From a virus, in IMG/VR virus record IMGVR_UViG_3300044996_000496, positions 23,579 to 87,578 of that record: DNA of 64,000 nucleotides; one strand, given 5' to 3'. Under the pieces are notes generated by a model that had not been told where the DNA came from, did no database searches, and saw only the letters and a program-made list of their open reading frames with translations. This document shows, piece by piece, positions 56,260 through 64,000 of this stretch. A program made the translations under genes and the position numbers. How positions within the stretch are numbered: position 1 is the stretch's first letter; every line of letters begins with the position of its first letter.

Positions 56260-57334
56260 TTTGTTCATTTTTATATTTTGGTAGTCCTTCTATATAGGAT
56301 GAGTGTGTTATTTTTGTAAATTTTGCCTTCTTTTGTAGGTCGGCTATTGAGCTTGCCCCGCTATAAGACAATCCGCGCTTGATTCCGGCGCATAGTTTAT
56401 ATATAATGTTTTCGGTTGGGCCAGAGTATTCAACTTCGGTTGAAATTCCTTCGTCTATTGCGTTTATGCCAATGCGGCTTTTTTGATTCCATCCAGATAC
56501 TTCAAATGTTGAGTTTCCTCTGTAAATGTGGCTGGTGCCTTCCTTATTCTTGGTCTCTGCTGCACTTGTTCCAGCCAGAAGCCTTCCTATCATGACAGCA
56601 TTAGCCCCAAGCCCAATGGCTTTAACAATATCCCCGGAAGACCTAATTCCACCGTCAGCAATGATTGGGAATAGCGATTTGGCTCTTATGTTTATTATTG
56701 ACTGAGCGAGCGGTAATCCATGTCCAGTTACTACTCTGGTAGAGCATACGCTTCCAGATCCAATCCCAACTTTAATACAGTCGGCTCCTGCACGCCAGAG
56801 ACTTTTGGCTCCGTCATGAGTAGCAACGTTTCCAGCGATAATAAAATACATGTTTGGATATTCTCGTTCATAGTATGATTTTATTTTCTTAATTGCATCT
56901 ATGCATTTTTGTGAGTGTGCGTGTGCTACATCGACGCATATTACCGCTTTTCTGTTGTGCTTTCTGAATGTATATTCCATTTTTATCGCTCTTTCTATTT
57001 CGTAATCCGTGATACCAACAGATATGCCGACTGACTCAAGCGGCTCAGTGGTGCTTAGTGATTTATTTAGTATATATATATTATCTTCAATTGACATAAA
57101 TCTATGCAATATTCCAAGTCCGCCAACTTTGGACATTGCTACTGCCATATTAAGTCCAGTTATGGTGTCCATATTGGATGATATTATTGGAATGCGTAGA
57201 AATAATTCATGTGAGTTGTTGTTGTTTTTTAGTGTTGTAGATATGTTTACATCTGATCTTGAGTTTAGTAAACTTTTTTGAGGTATAAGCAATAAATCGT
57301 CGAATGAAATTCCGCTATTGTAATTTATTTTCAT
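56252..57334 (-). CDS. guaB: IMP dehydrogenase / GMP reductase family protein, CBS-less
   Basis: [44 protein letters not shown] (catalytic Cys), ADGGI, EG. Confidence 0.88.
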   Translation of the reverse strand: MKINYNSGISFDDLLLIPQKSLLNSRSDVNISTTLKNNNNSHELFLRIPIISSNMDTITGLNMAVAMSKVGGLGILHRFMSIEDNIYILNKSLSTTEPLESVGISVGITDYEIERAIKMEYTFRKHNRKAVICVDVAHAHSQKCIDAIKKIKSYYEREYPNMYFIIAGNVATHDGAKSLWRAGADCIKVGIGSGSVCSTRVVTGHGLPLAQSIINIRAKSLFPIIADGGIRSSGDIVKAIGLGANAVMIGRLLAGTSAAETKNKEGTSHIYRGNSTFEVSGWNQKSRIGINAIDEGISTEVEYSGPTENIIYKLCAGIKRGLSYSGASSIADLQKKAKFTKITHSSYIEGLPKYKNEQII

Positions 57335-57340
57335 TGTTTT

Positions 57341-58216
57341 TTACTCGTAGAGTTTTTTAAGTTCTTTAATTCTTTTTCTTATTTGTTTTCCCATTTGTTT
57401 ATCGCATTCCTCTTTTGATATTCCGATTTCTCTAATAATTTGTGACTTATAATATTCATATTCGTTTCTATGAGTATCTCGTATGAACTTAGTTGTCATA
57501 GTTTCTATTTTAGCAAACAACAGATCTTCGTTATCAGGGTGATCGTCATCCGCCTCTAACTTTGACTCTACTAAAGTTATATATTGTGGTTTAACAAATA
57601 CATTTGCAAATTCAAACATTAAGTTTTTGGCATTTTTTTCTCCAGATCTTGGTTTTCTTAATATTCTTGCCATTACCCATGTATTTTCGCCAGCAACGGA
57701 GTCAATTACTGGTGGTTCTGCAGTAATTAATATATTCTTAGAGTCGCTGTCTCTTAGGTTACTGGGCAGGTTCGTTAATTCAAATAACGTCTGAAACTTA
57801 AATGGTCCCTCGTATAATTTCGGAAATACCCCAAAATTCATGCTTTTAGCATATGTTTCTAGTCTTTCTCGTTTTACGAAATTATCGTCTTGATTTCTCA
57901 TGGCGAATACGTGATAAGTATCTCTGATTATTTCTCCATAGAATGTATATCTATACATTGGAATTAGTTCTTGAAATCTCCCATTTGCAAATGCGCGATT
58001 TACTAAATCATATTTAAATTTTGTATATTTTTTAGGCAATTCATCAAATGTATATTCTTTATTATTTACAAAAAATGATATCTCCCCTCGATTGAAATGC
58101 AGTGTAAATATTGATACTAAGTCAGTTTTTTCAGTTGCAATTACATTGTAACTTTTAATTGTATTTCTGCAATCTGATAAATCAAACACTTTTGGGAAAC
58201 GTGGTATTGCGTTCAT
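57341..58216 (-). CDS. Rnl2-like RNA ligase homolog, motifs degenerate
   Basis: ATEKTD (motif I-like), FYGE, HVFAM, PKLYEGPF; motif IV EG replaced by SKN. Confidence 0.55.
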   Translation of the reverse strand: MNAIPRFPKVFDLSDCRNTIKSYNVIATEKTDLVSIFTLHFNRGEISFFVNNKEYTFDELPKKYTKFKYDLVNRAFANGRFQELIPMYRYTFYGEIIRDTYHVFAMRNQDDNFVKRERLETYAKSMNFGVFPKLYEGPFKFQTLFELTNLPSNLRDSDSKNILITAEPPVIDSVAGENTWVMARILRKPRSGEKNAKNLMFEFANVFVKPQYITLVESKLEADDDHPDNEDLLFAKIETMTTKFIRDTHRNEYEYYKSQIIREIGISKEECDKQMGKQIRKRIKELKKLYE

Positions 58217-59361
58217 TTTGTAATCTCCTTTTCTTGCTCTTCCAGTAATTTTTTTGCTTTTGCGAATGTTATGTTTTTATAAAAAGCCAAAAATGAAATT
58301 GCATTTCCGTATTTCCCGCACCCAAAACAATAAAAAGTATTATTTGGATATATCACTAGTGATGGATTATTGTCATTATGTTGCGGGAATGGACAATAAA
58401 AAAATGCTTTTGATCCCTCCGACGGGTGTAGATCGAGATCGGATTTTGGTCTTGCGTACTTAATTGCAAGATCAAGTACGGTTATGCTGTTATCTGTTCT
58501 TACGTATTCTTTTTGTTGTGTTTGTGTTTTCTTTTGTTTCATTACATTTTTTCCGTACTCAGTATTCTTAAAAATGATTGGACATTTTACGCACTCTCTT
58601 AGTCTAGTTCTTCCGTGTGTACCTAACTTGTATAAGTCGTTGCAATCCATTCCATCAGGTAGTTCAACTAGGTATACATCTATAAATGATGATTGCTCTT
58701 CAGTAACTAATTCTCTTGCAAGCTTAAGGGCGGCTTTTTGCCCCGAGCTATTTAAGTCGTTGTCAAATATGATGTATATTTTTTTTAGATTTTTAAACCA
58801 ATTGCCAAATCTTTTGGGTGAGTACTGACACCCGAATAGTCCAACCGAAGGATAGCCCATTTGCACCATTGACAAACAGTCAAATGGCCCTTCGGTTATA
58901 TACGCCTCTTCCGTTTTGTCTAATATATCATGATTGTAGAAAATATTTATTTGACTTTTTGTATGTAAATGATGAATTAAAACCTTGTTCGATATTGCTC
59001 TTGACGTTATTGTTTTTACATTATTATTGAGCATCACTGGGAATATTATTCTTCTATTATGAAACAGGGGCATTGAGCCGCTATCTGCTTTATTAATAAT
59101 CAATCCGCATTCTATCAAATCTTTTTCTGTTATAAATTTTTTATCAATTATGTTTACTATTGGTTTTTCTGCTTCGTTTGATGATCCTATTCTAAATTCA
59201 TCCATTGTTTGGGCTGTTATGCCTCGTGCAAATAAATAATTTCTTGCTCTTATATCGTTTGATAAAATGTGCTCATAGTGTCTTGTGGCTAATTCTAATG
59301 CAGATATTTTACTTTGCGGTTTTTTGCTAATATTGTCAAGAATTGATATTGGATCTATCAT
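58213..59361 (-). CDS. dnaG: DnaG-type primase with C-terminal CHC2 zinc finger
   Basis: YL..RGI, RIIFP, ITEGPFD, IFDND, DCND TOPRIM motifs; CPF.H.D..PS...FYCFGCG at the C-terminus. Confidence 0.88.
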   Translation of the reverse strand: MIDPISILDNISKKPQSKISALELATRHYEHILSNDIRARNYLFARGITAQTMDEFRIGSSNEAEKPIVNIIDKKFITEKDLIECGLIINKADSGSMPLFHNRRIIFPVMLNNNVKTITSRAISNKVLIHHLHTKSQINIFYNHDILDKTEEAYITEGPFDCLSMVQMGYPSVGLFGCQYSPKRFGNWFKNLKKIYIIFDNDLNSSGQKAALKLARELVTEEQSSFIDVYLVELPDGMDCNDLYKLGTHGRTRLRECVKCPIIFKNTEYGKNVMKQKKTQTQQKEYVRTDNSITVLDLAIKYARPKSDLDLHPSEGSKAFFYCPFPQHNDNNPSLVIYPNNTFYCFGCGKYGNAISFLAFYKNITFAKAKKLLEEQEKEITK

Positions 59362-60011
59362 TTTTTCGCATCCAGATTTTCAAACGCAGTTTTTAACAAT
59401 TGCATAGTTGTGATAAGATCATCAATAGTTAGTTTGTTGTATATTATATTTCTTGATGAATGAGTAACTATAACTGTAATTTTTTGTTTTCCATGAGTTA
59501 CTGTAACTGGTTTATTTATTACATCTTGTAATGGTTTTGATAAGTCTAGATTTTTGCCTATTTCGTTGTAGCTTAGGAGCGTATACGCAACGCTTTTACC
59601 CAGCAATACCATTATTCGAGGAGCAACGATTGATAATTCTTGTTTTATATGTTTTTTGCATATTTCTAATGATCTATCTTTTTGATATAAACTTCTCCAC
59701 TCATAGTTTTTTGCGGGGCATCTTAATATTACGGTAAGCCCACATCGCTCAAGCATTTTCCCAGGCTCGTCAGTTACCCTTGACGCAGCAAGAAACAATC
59801 GGTTAAATACGGTTCCCTTGATTGGTATTCCGCATAATTCATCTGATTGTAGTATCTCATCTGAAACTATAATAGCTTTACAATTATCTGGATAATAACT
59901 TTGTACAAAAAATTTCCTATTCCACCACAATTGACAGTCTACACATGAAGCTACTCGTTTATTTATTTCTTTTAGGTTGAACATTTGTTCTTGTGATTGC
60001 GTAATATGCAA
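59358..60011 (-). CDS. Family-4 uracil-DNA glycosylase-like protein, catalytic motifs degenerate
   Basis: CVDCQL..R, RCP, EIC...QEL..V.PRIMVLLG, THSS; GEAPG motif replaced by SDEIL. Confidence 0.7.
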   Translation of the reverse strand: MHITQSQEQMFNLKEINKRVASCVDCQLWWNRKFFVQSYYPDNCKAIIVSDEILQSDELCGIPIKGTVFNRLFLAASRVTDEPGKMLERCGLTVILRCPAKNYEWRSLYQKDRSLEICKKHIKQELSIVAPRIMVLLGKSVAYTLLSYNEIGKNLDLSKPLQDVINKPVTVTHGKQKITVIVTHSSRNIIYNKLTIDDLITTMQLLKTAFENLDAKK

Positions 60012-60396
60012 CTGGTTTTAAAGAGTCTATATTTTTTACTATATTTTTTTGAGCTGGATCAATCACAATAATTTTATCTGCAACCGGAACAGCTATTACC
60101 CAGTGCCATATTCCTAAAGACGGCACAAAATTAACAGCAACAAGAGATAGTTTATTTATTTTGCTCCAGTCGCTTATTGTGACTGCTTTTGATAGTTTGA
60201 TATTAAAGTGAATAAGCGCTTTTCTTATAACTTTTGTTCTAGTATATCTTTTACTTGATTTTGGTAAATATTTTTTTATTATAGTCCATGATTTTTTATA
60301 TGTGGTATTTGCGATAATTGCAACGCAGGCAATACCGCAGTCATCTTGCCGTATTTGGTGTATGCGGCGTAGTGCTCCAGCTTTAAAGATGTTCAT
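59959..60396 (-). CDS. C39-like cysteine peptidase
   Basis: Q..QDDCGIACVA, WHWVI, IDP triad pattern. Confidence 0.8.
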   Translation of the reverse strand: MNIFKAGALRRIHQIRQDDCGIACVAIIANTTYKKSWTIIKKYLPKSSKRYTRTKVIRKALIHFNIKLSKAVTISDWSKINKLSLVAVNFVPSLGIWHWVIAVPVADKIIVIDPAQKNIVKNIDSLKPVAYYAITRTNVQPKRNK

Positions 60397-60405
60397 ATTA
60401 TATTT

Positions 60406-60750
60406 TTATTTGGATATTTCATCAGTAGTAAAAAATAAACTTTCCGGCAAGAAGCCCTTTAAATACTGTTCTATTGCAGATACAAGAACTTTAATTGCGC
60501 CAGCTATATCAGTTTCATTATAATCAACTGCACAATTTATTATTCTTGCAGCATTTACTTCTATTTCCATTTTTTCAATTGGTTCAAATTTGCTGGCACT
60601 GTGTCTAAAATCTACTATTTTTTCTACATTTGCATCAATTTTAGGAGAAAATATAGTAAATGTAACTCTAAATATTAATGCATTGCCATCTTTCCAAAAA
60701 CTTATCTTTTTTACCGAAAGGTGACTTTTGTCTTTATATAGATTATCCAT
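60406..60750 (-). CDS. Hypothetical protein
   Basis: Packed ORF in the minus-strand operon. Confidence 0.55.
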   Translation of the reverse strand: MDNLYKDKSHLSVKKISFWKDGNALIFRVTFTIFSPKIDANVEKIVDFRHSASKFEPIEKMEIEVNAARIINCAVDYNETDIAGAIKVLVSAIEQYLKGFLPESLFFTTDEISK

Positions 60751-60961
60751 TTTTATTTATCCTTCTGTTTTCTATCTTCGCTTTTCTTATGTTTGCCTCT
60801 ATGTTGCGAACTTCTCCCTTTAGTGCATTAATTTCTTCAATAAGCTCCATCATATTTTTATCGAAGTCCTCGATAGGAGCCTGCACATTTTCTATTGCCT
60901 TTTTACCTCTAGTTAAAAAATGTCCATAGTCTGCTTCTGCCAGATATTTGTATGTTTGCAT
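60743..60961 (-). CDS. Small coiled-coil hypothetical protein
   Basis: GGAGG SD; heptad pattern. Confidence 0.55.
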   Translation of the reverse strand: MQTYKYLAEADYGHFLTRGKKAIENVQAPIEDFDKNMMELIEEINALKGEVRNIEANIRKAKIENRRINKNG

Positions 60962-60989
60962 TGTGCCTCCCGCCCGTGGTTATGCGCTA

Positions 60990-61025
60990 TTGCAGTTGCA
61001 CTACAACATTGTAGCCGCACTGCAA
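60990..61025 (-). terminator. Imperfect long stem-loop directly downstream of nrdJ
   Basis: Plus strand TTGCAG-t-TGC-a-CTACA-acat-TGTAG-cc-GCA-CTGCAA. Confidence 0.45.
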
Positions 61026-61029
61026 CTCC

Positions 61030-63174
61030 CTATGAGTTAGGTAGTGTACACCTGTCGCTCTCGCAATAGGAACTTGCGAGCGGATCTTCTTGTGCATCAA
61101 TAGTTTGCCAGTCTACTGGTTGTATGTGACTTATTTTTTGTTCATATTCCTCCTTACTTATTCCTTCATACGGTATTTGTGCATATGCCCCTTTTTCCGT
61201 ATGTGGCAACATGCTTACAGACTTTATTACCGGGGCAAATTGTGCTAACATATATGGTATTTGTGATATTTCGGATTTATCAAAATAGATTGTACAACTA
61301 ACTGAGTTGTCAGACCATTCTCTTTGAAGAGTGGCCAGCATGGAGAACTGCTCCCACGCCGACACACCGCTTGCTGCCCTAGCTTTCTTAAAATGTATTG
61401 GAAATTCAAATACATAAGATATTTCCGACTCAACCGGAACCATTCCATTTTTTGCGAATGATAAGTATTTATCAAATATTTTTCTATTATTGGACTTTGT
61501 TTGTGCGATCATTTCTAGCATTGGTTCATACGGATACTGTGCATTAATTAATTTTTTTGCTAATGAATTATTTTTGTTAATTATAATTCTTCTTATTGCA
61601 TATCTAAATGGCGGAAAATGAATTCCAGATGACGCTCCGACAAGTTGTGGCACGGTTCCGCCCGGTTTTACGGTTGTTAGTCTGATTGATGGAGGAATTC
61701 CTGCATCCGTATTGTAAATCTTGTTTTGTTCTTTAACGTGTTTGTACCCATCGCGCATCCATCTTATGCATTGTGCCATTCCCCACGTTTCAGTCCATTG
61801 TGCTATTCCAGATAGAGAAACTCCCATTCTATGATTTTTTGCTATTATTTTATTTGTTTGTTCGTCATGTGTCGGCAGCAAATAAACAGTTGAACAATAA
61901 AATGTAGCATAAGTCAATGCATCAAAAAATTCTTCTTTTGAGTTTGACTTCATGGGAAACACTTCGGATATGTTGCACACCTCTTTTGATTCTAGGGGGA
62001 TCTCTCCGCAAGGGTTTATGCCAGTTGCGGGGTCTGGGCACTCTTCCCACATTCTGGCATATTTTTTAAGATTTTGTATGTTTATTATTCCAGGTTCTCC
62101 GTTTTCAATTATGTAATCTGCTAGTTTTTGCATTTGTAAAAAGTCTTGTTTTGTCTCTAGTCTAACAGAGTTATTACTCATCCACGCAATTGGTTGTCTT
62201 TCGGGGAATATGTTGAAATTCTTGAGATTTAAAAACGTAAAATCATTGATATCTCCAAGACAAATTTCAGCACTTCGTCTTGAGCTTCCTGCTATTACAG
62301 CAATTCCTATTGAATTACATATATCGGCTACAAGTCTTGTCCATCCATAATAATGGCATGAATCGGATGTGGCAACAATATTAGAAAATCTTCCGTCACC
62401 AAATGTTTTTAAATATTTTTCACAGTATTCAATTATTTCTTTGTGCAATTGGCGAAGAGGTTCAGGGCCGGACGCCGTGCCTCCAAAGCTTTTTAGCTCT
62501 TCTCCTTGCGCTCTTATATTAGAGTAATCAAATTTTACTTTTGGTTTTCCAATTGTATAGCATTGAAGTAGTCTTCTTACGGAATCAACCCACCCCTCTC
62601 TGGAATCTTCTATAACAAATATTTCTATTTCATTCTCTTCTACTGCTTTGGGCCATTTGAGTTTTATTATCTCATTCGGACTATATTTTGTTCCGAATCC
62701 CACTCCAGTCCCATACATTAGGGATTCCATAAACCATGAGCAATCCTCTGCGAGATCCTCTACTTCTGTATATGCACAATTGTACAGCGCAAAACTTCCT
62801 CTTTCATAAATGAAGTTAGTCCCCATGGCAAACAATCCTCTGCCAGCGGGAAGCCACCTCATATTCAGCATTGATATCGCCATATGAAACGCAAAATCTT
62901 GCATTTGCTCTTCGTTCCACAGTAATTTATGTTTTTTGTACCACCATTTTCTTATGGTAAAAATTCCATTAATCACCCTTATTACAGTATCGTGCCAGCT
63001 TTCTCTGGATCCATCTTCTTTTTTTCGTGAGTATGTTCTTAGGTATACAACTTCTCCAAATCCAGATTCTGGAAATCCAAATTCATATTTTGTTAATCTT
63101 ATTTCTTTTTCTTTTTCGTCCCGTAACTTAAAACGTATATTTTGCTCTATGAACATTTTTTGCCCCCATTGCAC
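61030..63174 (-). CDS. nrdJ: Class II (adenosylcobalamin-dependent) ribonucleotide reductase, monomeric RTPR type
   Basis: VYLRTYSR, PAGRGL, LYNC, FGGTASGPEPL, RRSAEI, NPCGEIPLE...C, TTVKPGGT, DNSVSCT, C-terminal CxxxxC; likely start ATG 63156. Confidence 0.92.
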   Translation of the reverse strand: MQWGQKMFIEQNIRFKLRDEKEKEIRLTKYEFGFPESGFGEVVYLRTYSRKKEDGSRESWHDTVIRVINGIFTIRKWWYKKHKLLWNEEQMQDFAFHMAISMLNMRWLPAGRGLFAMGTNFIYERGSFALYNCAYTEVEDLAEDCSWFMESLMYGTGVGFGTKYSPNEIIKLKWPKAVEENEIEIFVIEDSREGWVDSVRRLLQCYTIGKPKVKFDYSNIRAQGEELKSFGGTASGPEPLRQLHKEIIEYCEKYLKTFGDGRFSNIVATSDSCHYYGWTRLVADICNSIGIAVIAGSSRRSAEICLGDINDFTFLNLKNFNIFPERQPIAWMSNNSVRLETKQDFLQMQKLADYIIENGEPGIINIQNLKKYARMWEECPDPATGINPCGEIPLESKEVCNISEVFPMKSNSKEEFFDALTYATFYCSTVYLLPTHDEQTNKIIAKNHRMGVSLSGIAQWTETWGMAQCIRWMRDGYKHVKEQNKIYNTDAGIPPSIRLTTVKPGGTVPQLVGASSGIHFPPFRYAIRRIIINKNNSLAKKLINAQYPYEPMLEMIAQTKSNNRKIFDKYLSFAKNGMVPVESEISYVFEFPIHFKKARAASGVSAWEQFSMLATLQREWSDNSVSCTIYFDKSEISQIPYMLAQFAPVIKSVSMLPHTEKGAYAQIPYEGISKEEYEQKISHIQPVDWQTIDAQEDPLASSYCESDRCTLPNS

Positions 63175-63677
63175 TTGTCTTTTTTTAATCCAGAGTAGGC
63201 AACGGCTATTGCGTCATACTCGTCTGAGGTTAAGTTGTCCGATATTTGAAATTTAGTTATGATTACTTTTTTTACTTCGGTTTTTTGTGCTCTACCATTT
63301 CCTGTGATTATTTTCTTGACCGATTGAGGGGGGATGAATTTAGTCTCCAGCTTATGCTTGCCAGACGCTAGCCATAGAACCATTCCCTGTACCCATGGTA
63401 TGACCTTAGCCCCAGCACCCTGGTGAATAAAATAATCTTCTATTGTTATGGTCAGTTTATCGTTTTCATTAATTTCAATTTTAAGTAACTCAATAATTGA
63501 CTCTAGCCGTTCACGTATGTATTCGAGTCTTTCGCCTATTGTTTTATGCGTACTCTCTGGTGGATGTATTACTCCGTGATCAATCACTTCCTCTTTGCCA
63601 GAAGCGTGCTCCAGTTGAACAACGGCCCACCCAAAGTATCTAGATCCTGGGTCTATTCCTATGTTAATTTTTTTCAT
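63147..63677 (-). CDS. ruvC: Holliday junction resolvase RuvC
   Basis: GIDPG..FGWAV, TIED, P..VKK.ITGNGRA.K, DEYDAIAVA. Confidence 0.92.
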   Translation of the reverse strand: MKKINIGIDPGSRYFGWAVVQLEHASGKEEVIDHGVIHPPESTHKTIGERLEYIRERLESIIELLKIEINENDKLTITIEDYFIHQGAGAKVIPWVQGMVLWLASGKHKLETKFIPPQSVKKIITGNGRAQKTEVKKVIITKFQISDNLTSDEYDAIAVAYSGLKKDKCNGGKKCS

Positions 63678-63679
63678 AT

Positions 63680-64000
63680 TTACTCTTTATTGATTGCGTT
63701 TATCTTGTTCGCTATTTCAATCAGATCATCCTTGCTGGCCCCTCTTGAGTATTGCATACAAATGCTCATTTGCGGATTAAATGAGTCCGTTCCAACGATA
63801 CCGATATTAAATGGGCATCCATTGCAACATCTATAATGTTCATATATAAAAGATGGATGATATAAATTATTTGATTCCATGTGTTCCAGGTGTCGTATTA
63901 TGTCAAATAATTGTTTTATCTGCCAGTCTTCTACTTGATGATTTTTTATTGATACTTTTGGTTCTTTGGTTTTATATATAAGATTAAATCCAACACAATC
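63680..64000 (-). CDS. C-terminal part of a PD-(D/E)XK (Cas4/RecB-like) nuclease, truncated by the window end
   Basis: The track ORF (63680-63880) is open in frame to nt 64000: DCVGFNLIYKTKEPKV...HP...CNGCPF...C. Confidence 0.6.
   Translation of the reverse strand, partial: DCVGFNLIYKTKEPKVSIKNHQVEDWQIKQLFDIIRHLEHMESNNLYHPSFIYEHYRCCNGCPFNIGIVGTDSFNPQMSICMQYSRGASKDDLIEIANKINAINKE

Noticed and set aside
60962-61029. Cobalamin riboswitch linked to nrdJ
   Set aside because: The structured gap is only about 68 nt, lies downstream of nrdJ and shows no B12-box; kept as a simple hairpin.
61030-63174. Intein or intron in RNR (also checked in the terminase)
   Set aside because: Lengths are normal; only short 20-30 aa loop insertions, with no splice-junction or homing endonuclease motifs.
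1-64000. CRISPR array, tRNA/rRNA genes, IS elements, integrase
   Set aside because: No spaced direct repeats, cloverleaf-sized intergenic structures, or transposase/recombinase motifs seen; intergenic gaps are almost all under 140 nt.
1-64000. Stop-codon reassignment
   Set aside because: Genes up to 8.4 kb are intact in the standard code, and TAA, TAG and TGA all end tightly packed genes.
63680-64000. Cas4 as evidence of a CRISPR-Cas system
   Set aside because: Only a C-terminal Cys cluster next to ruvC; stand-alone Cas4-like nucleases are common in phage recombination modules.

Overview
A 64 kb, AT-rich, gene-dense piece of a large tailed dsDNA phage. It looks like a siphovirus: there is a tape measure, tail tube and frameshifted tail chaperone, and no sheath. 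Layout: (1) 1-4490, NDP-amino-sugar biosynthesis cluster; (2) 4479-7224 (-), ClpP plus two glycosyltransferase-like genes; (3) 7278-56259 (+), small genes, terminase, portal, four signal-peptide proteins, head genes, three glycosyltransferases directly after the capsid gene, then neck, tail, tape measure, two giant tail-tip/fibre proteins and another GT2; (4) 56252-64000 (-), nucleotide and replication genes (GuaB-like, RNA ligase-like, domain-permuted primase, UDG-like, C39 peptidase, class II RNR, RuvC, PD-(D/E)XK nuclease). The strongest lead is an apparent two-route protein glycosylation system. Surface-exposed virion proteins are enriched in a (V/I/A/T)-S-G tripeptide that is nearly absent from internal virion and packaging proteins, and they sit beside six phage glycosyltransferase genes and a sugar pathway. 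Four exported proteins in the head module are instead packed with the Bacteroidota-type D-(S/T)-(A/I/L/V/M/T) O-glycosylation sequon. Three nucleic-acid enzymes (CCA-like, RNA-ligase-like, UDG-like) appear to have lost catalytic motifs. All family calls come from motif recognition by eye, and all counts are manual. No database searches were run.
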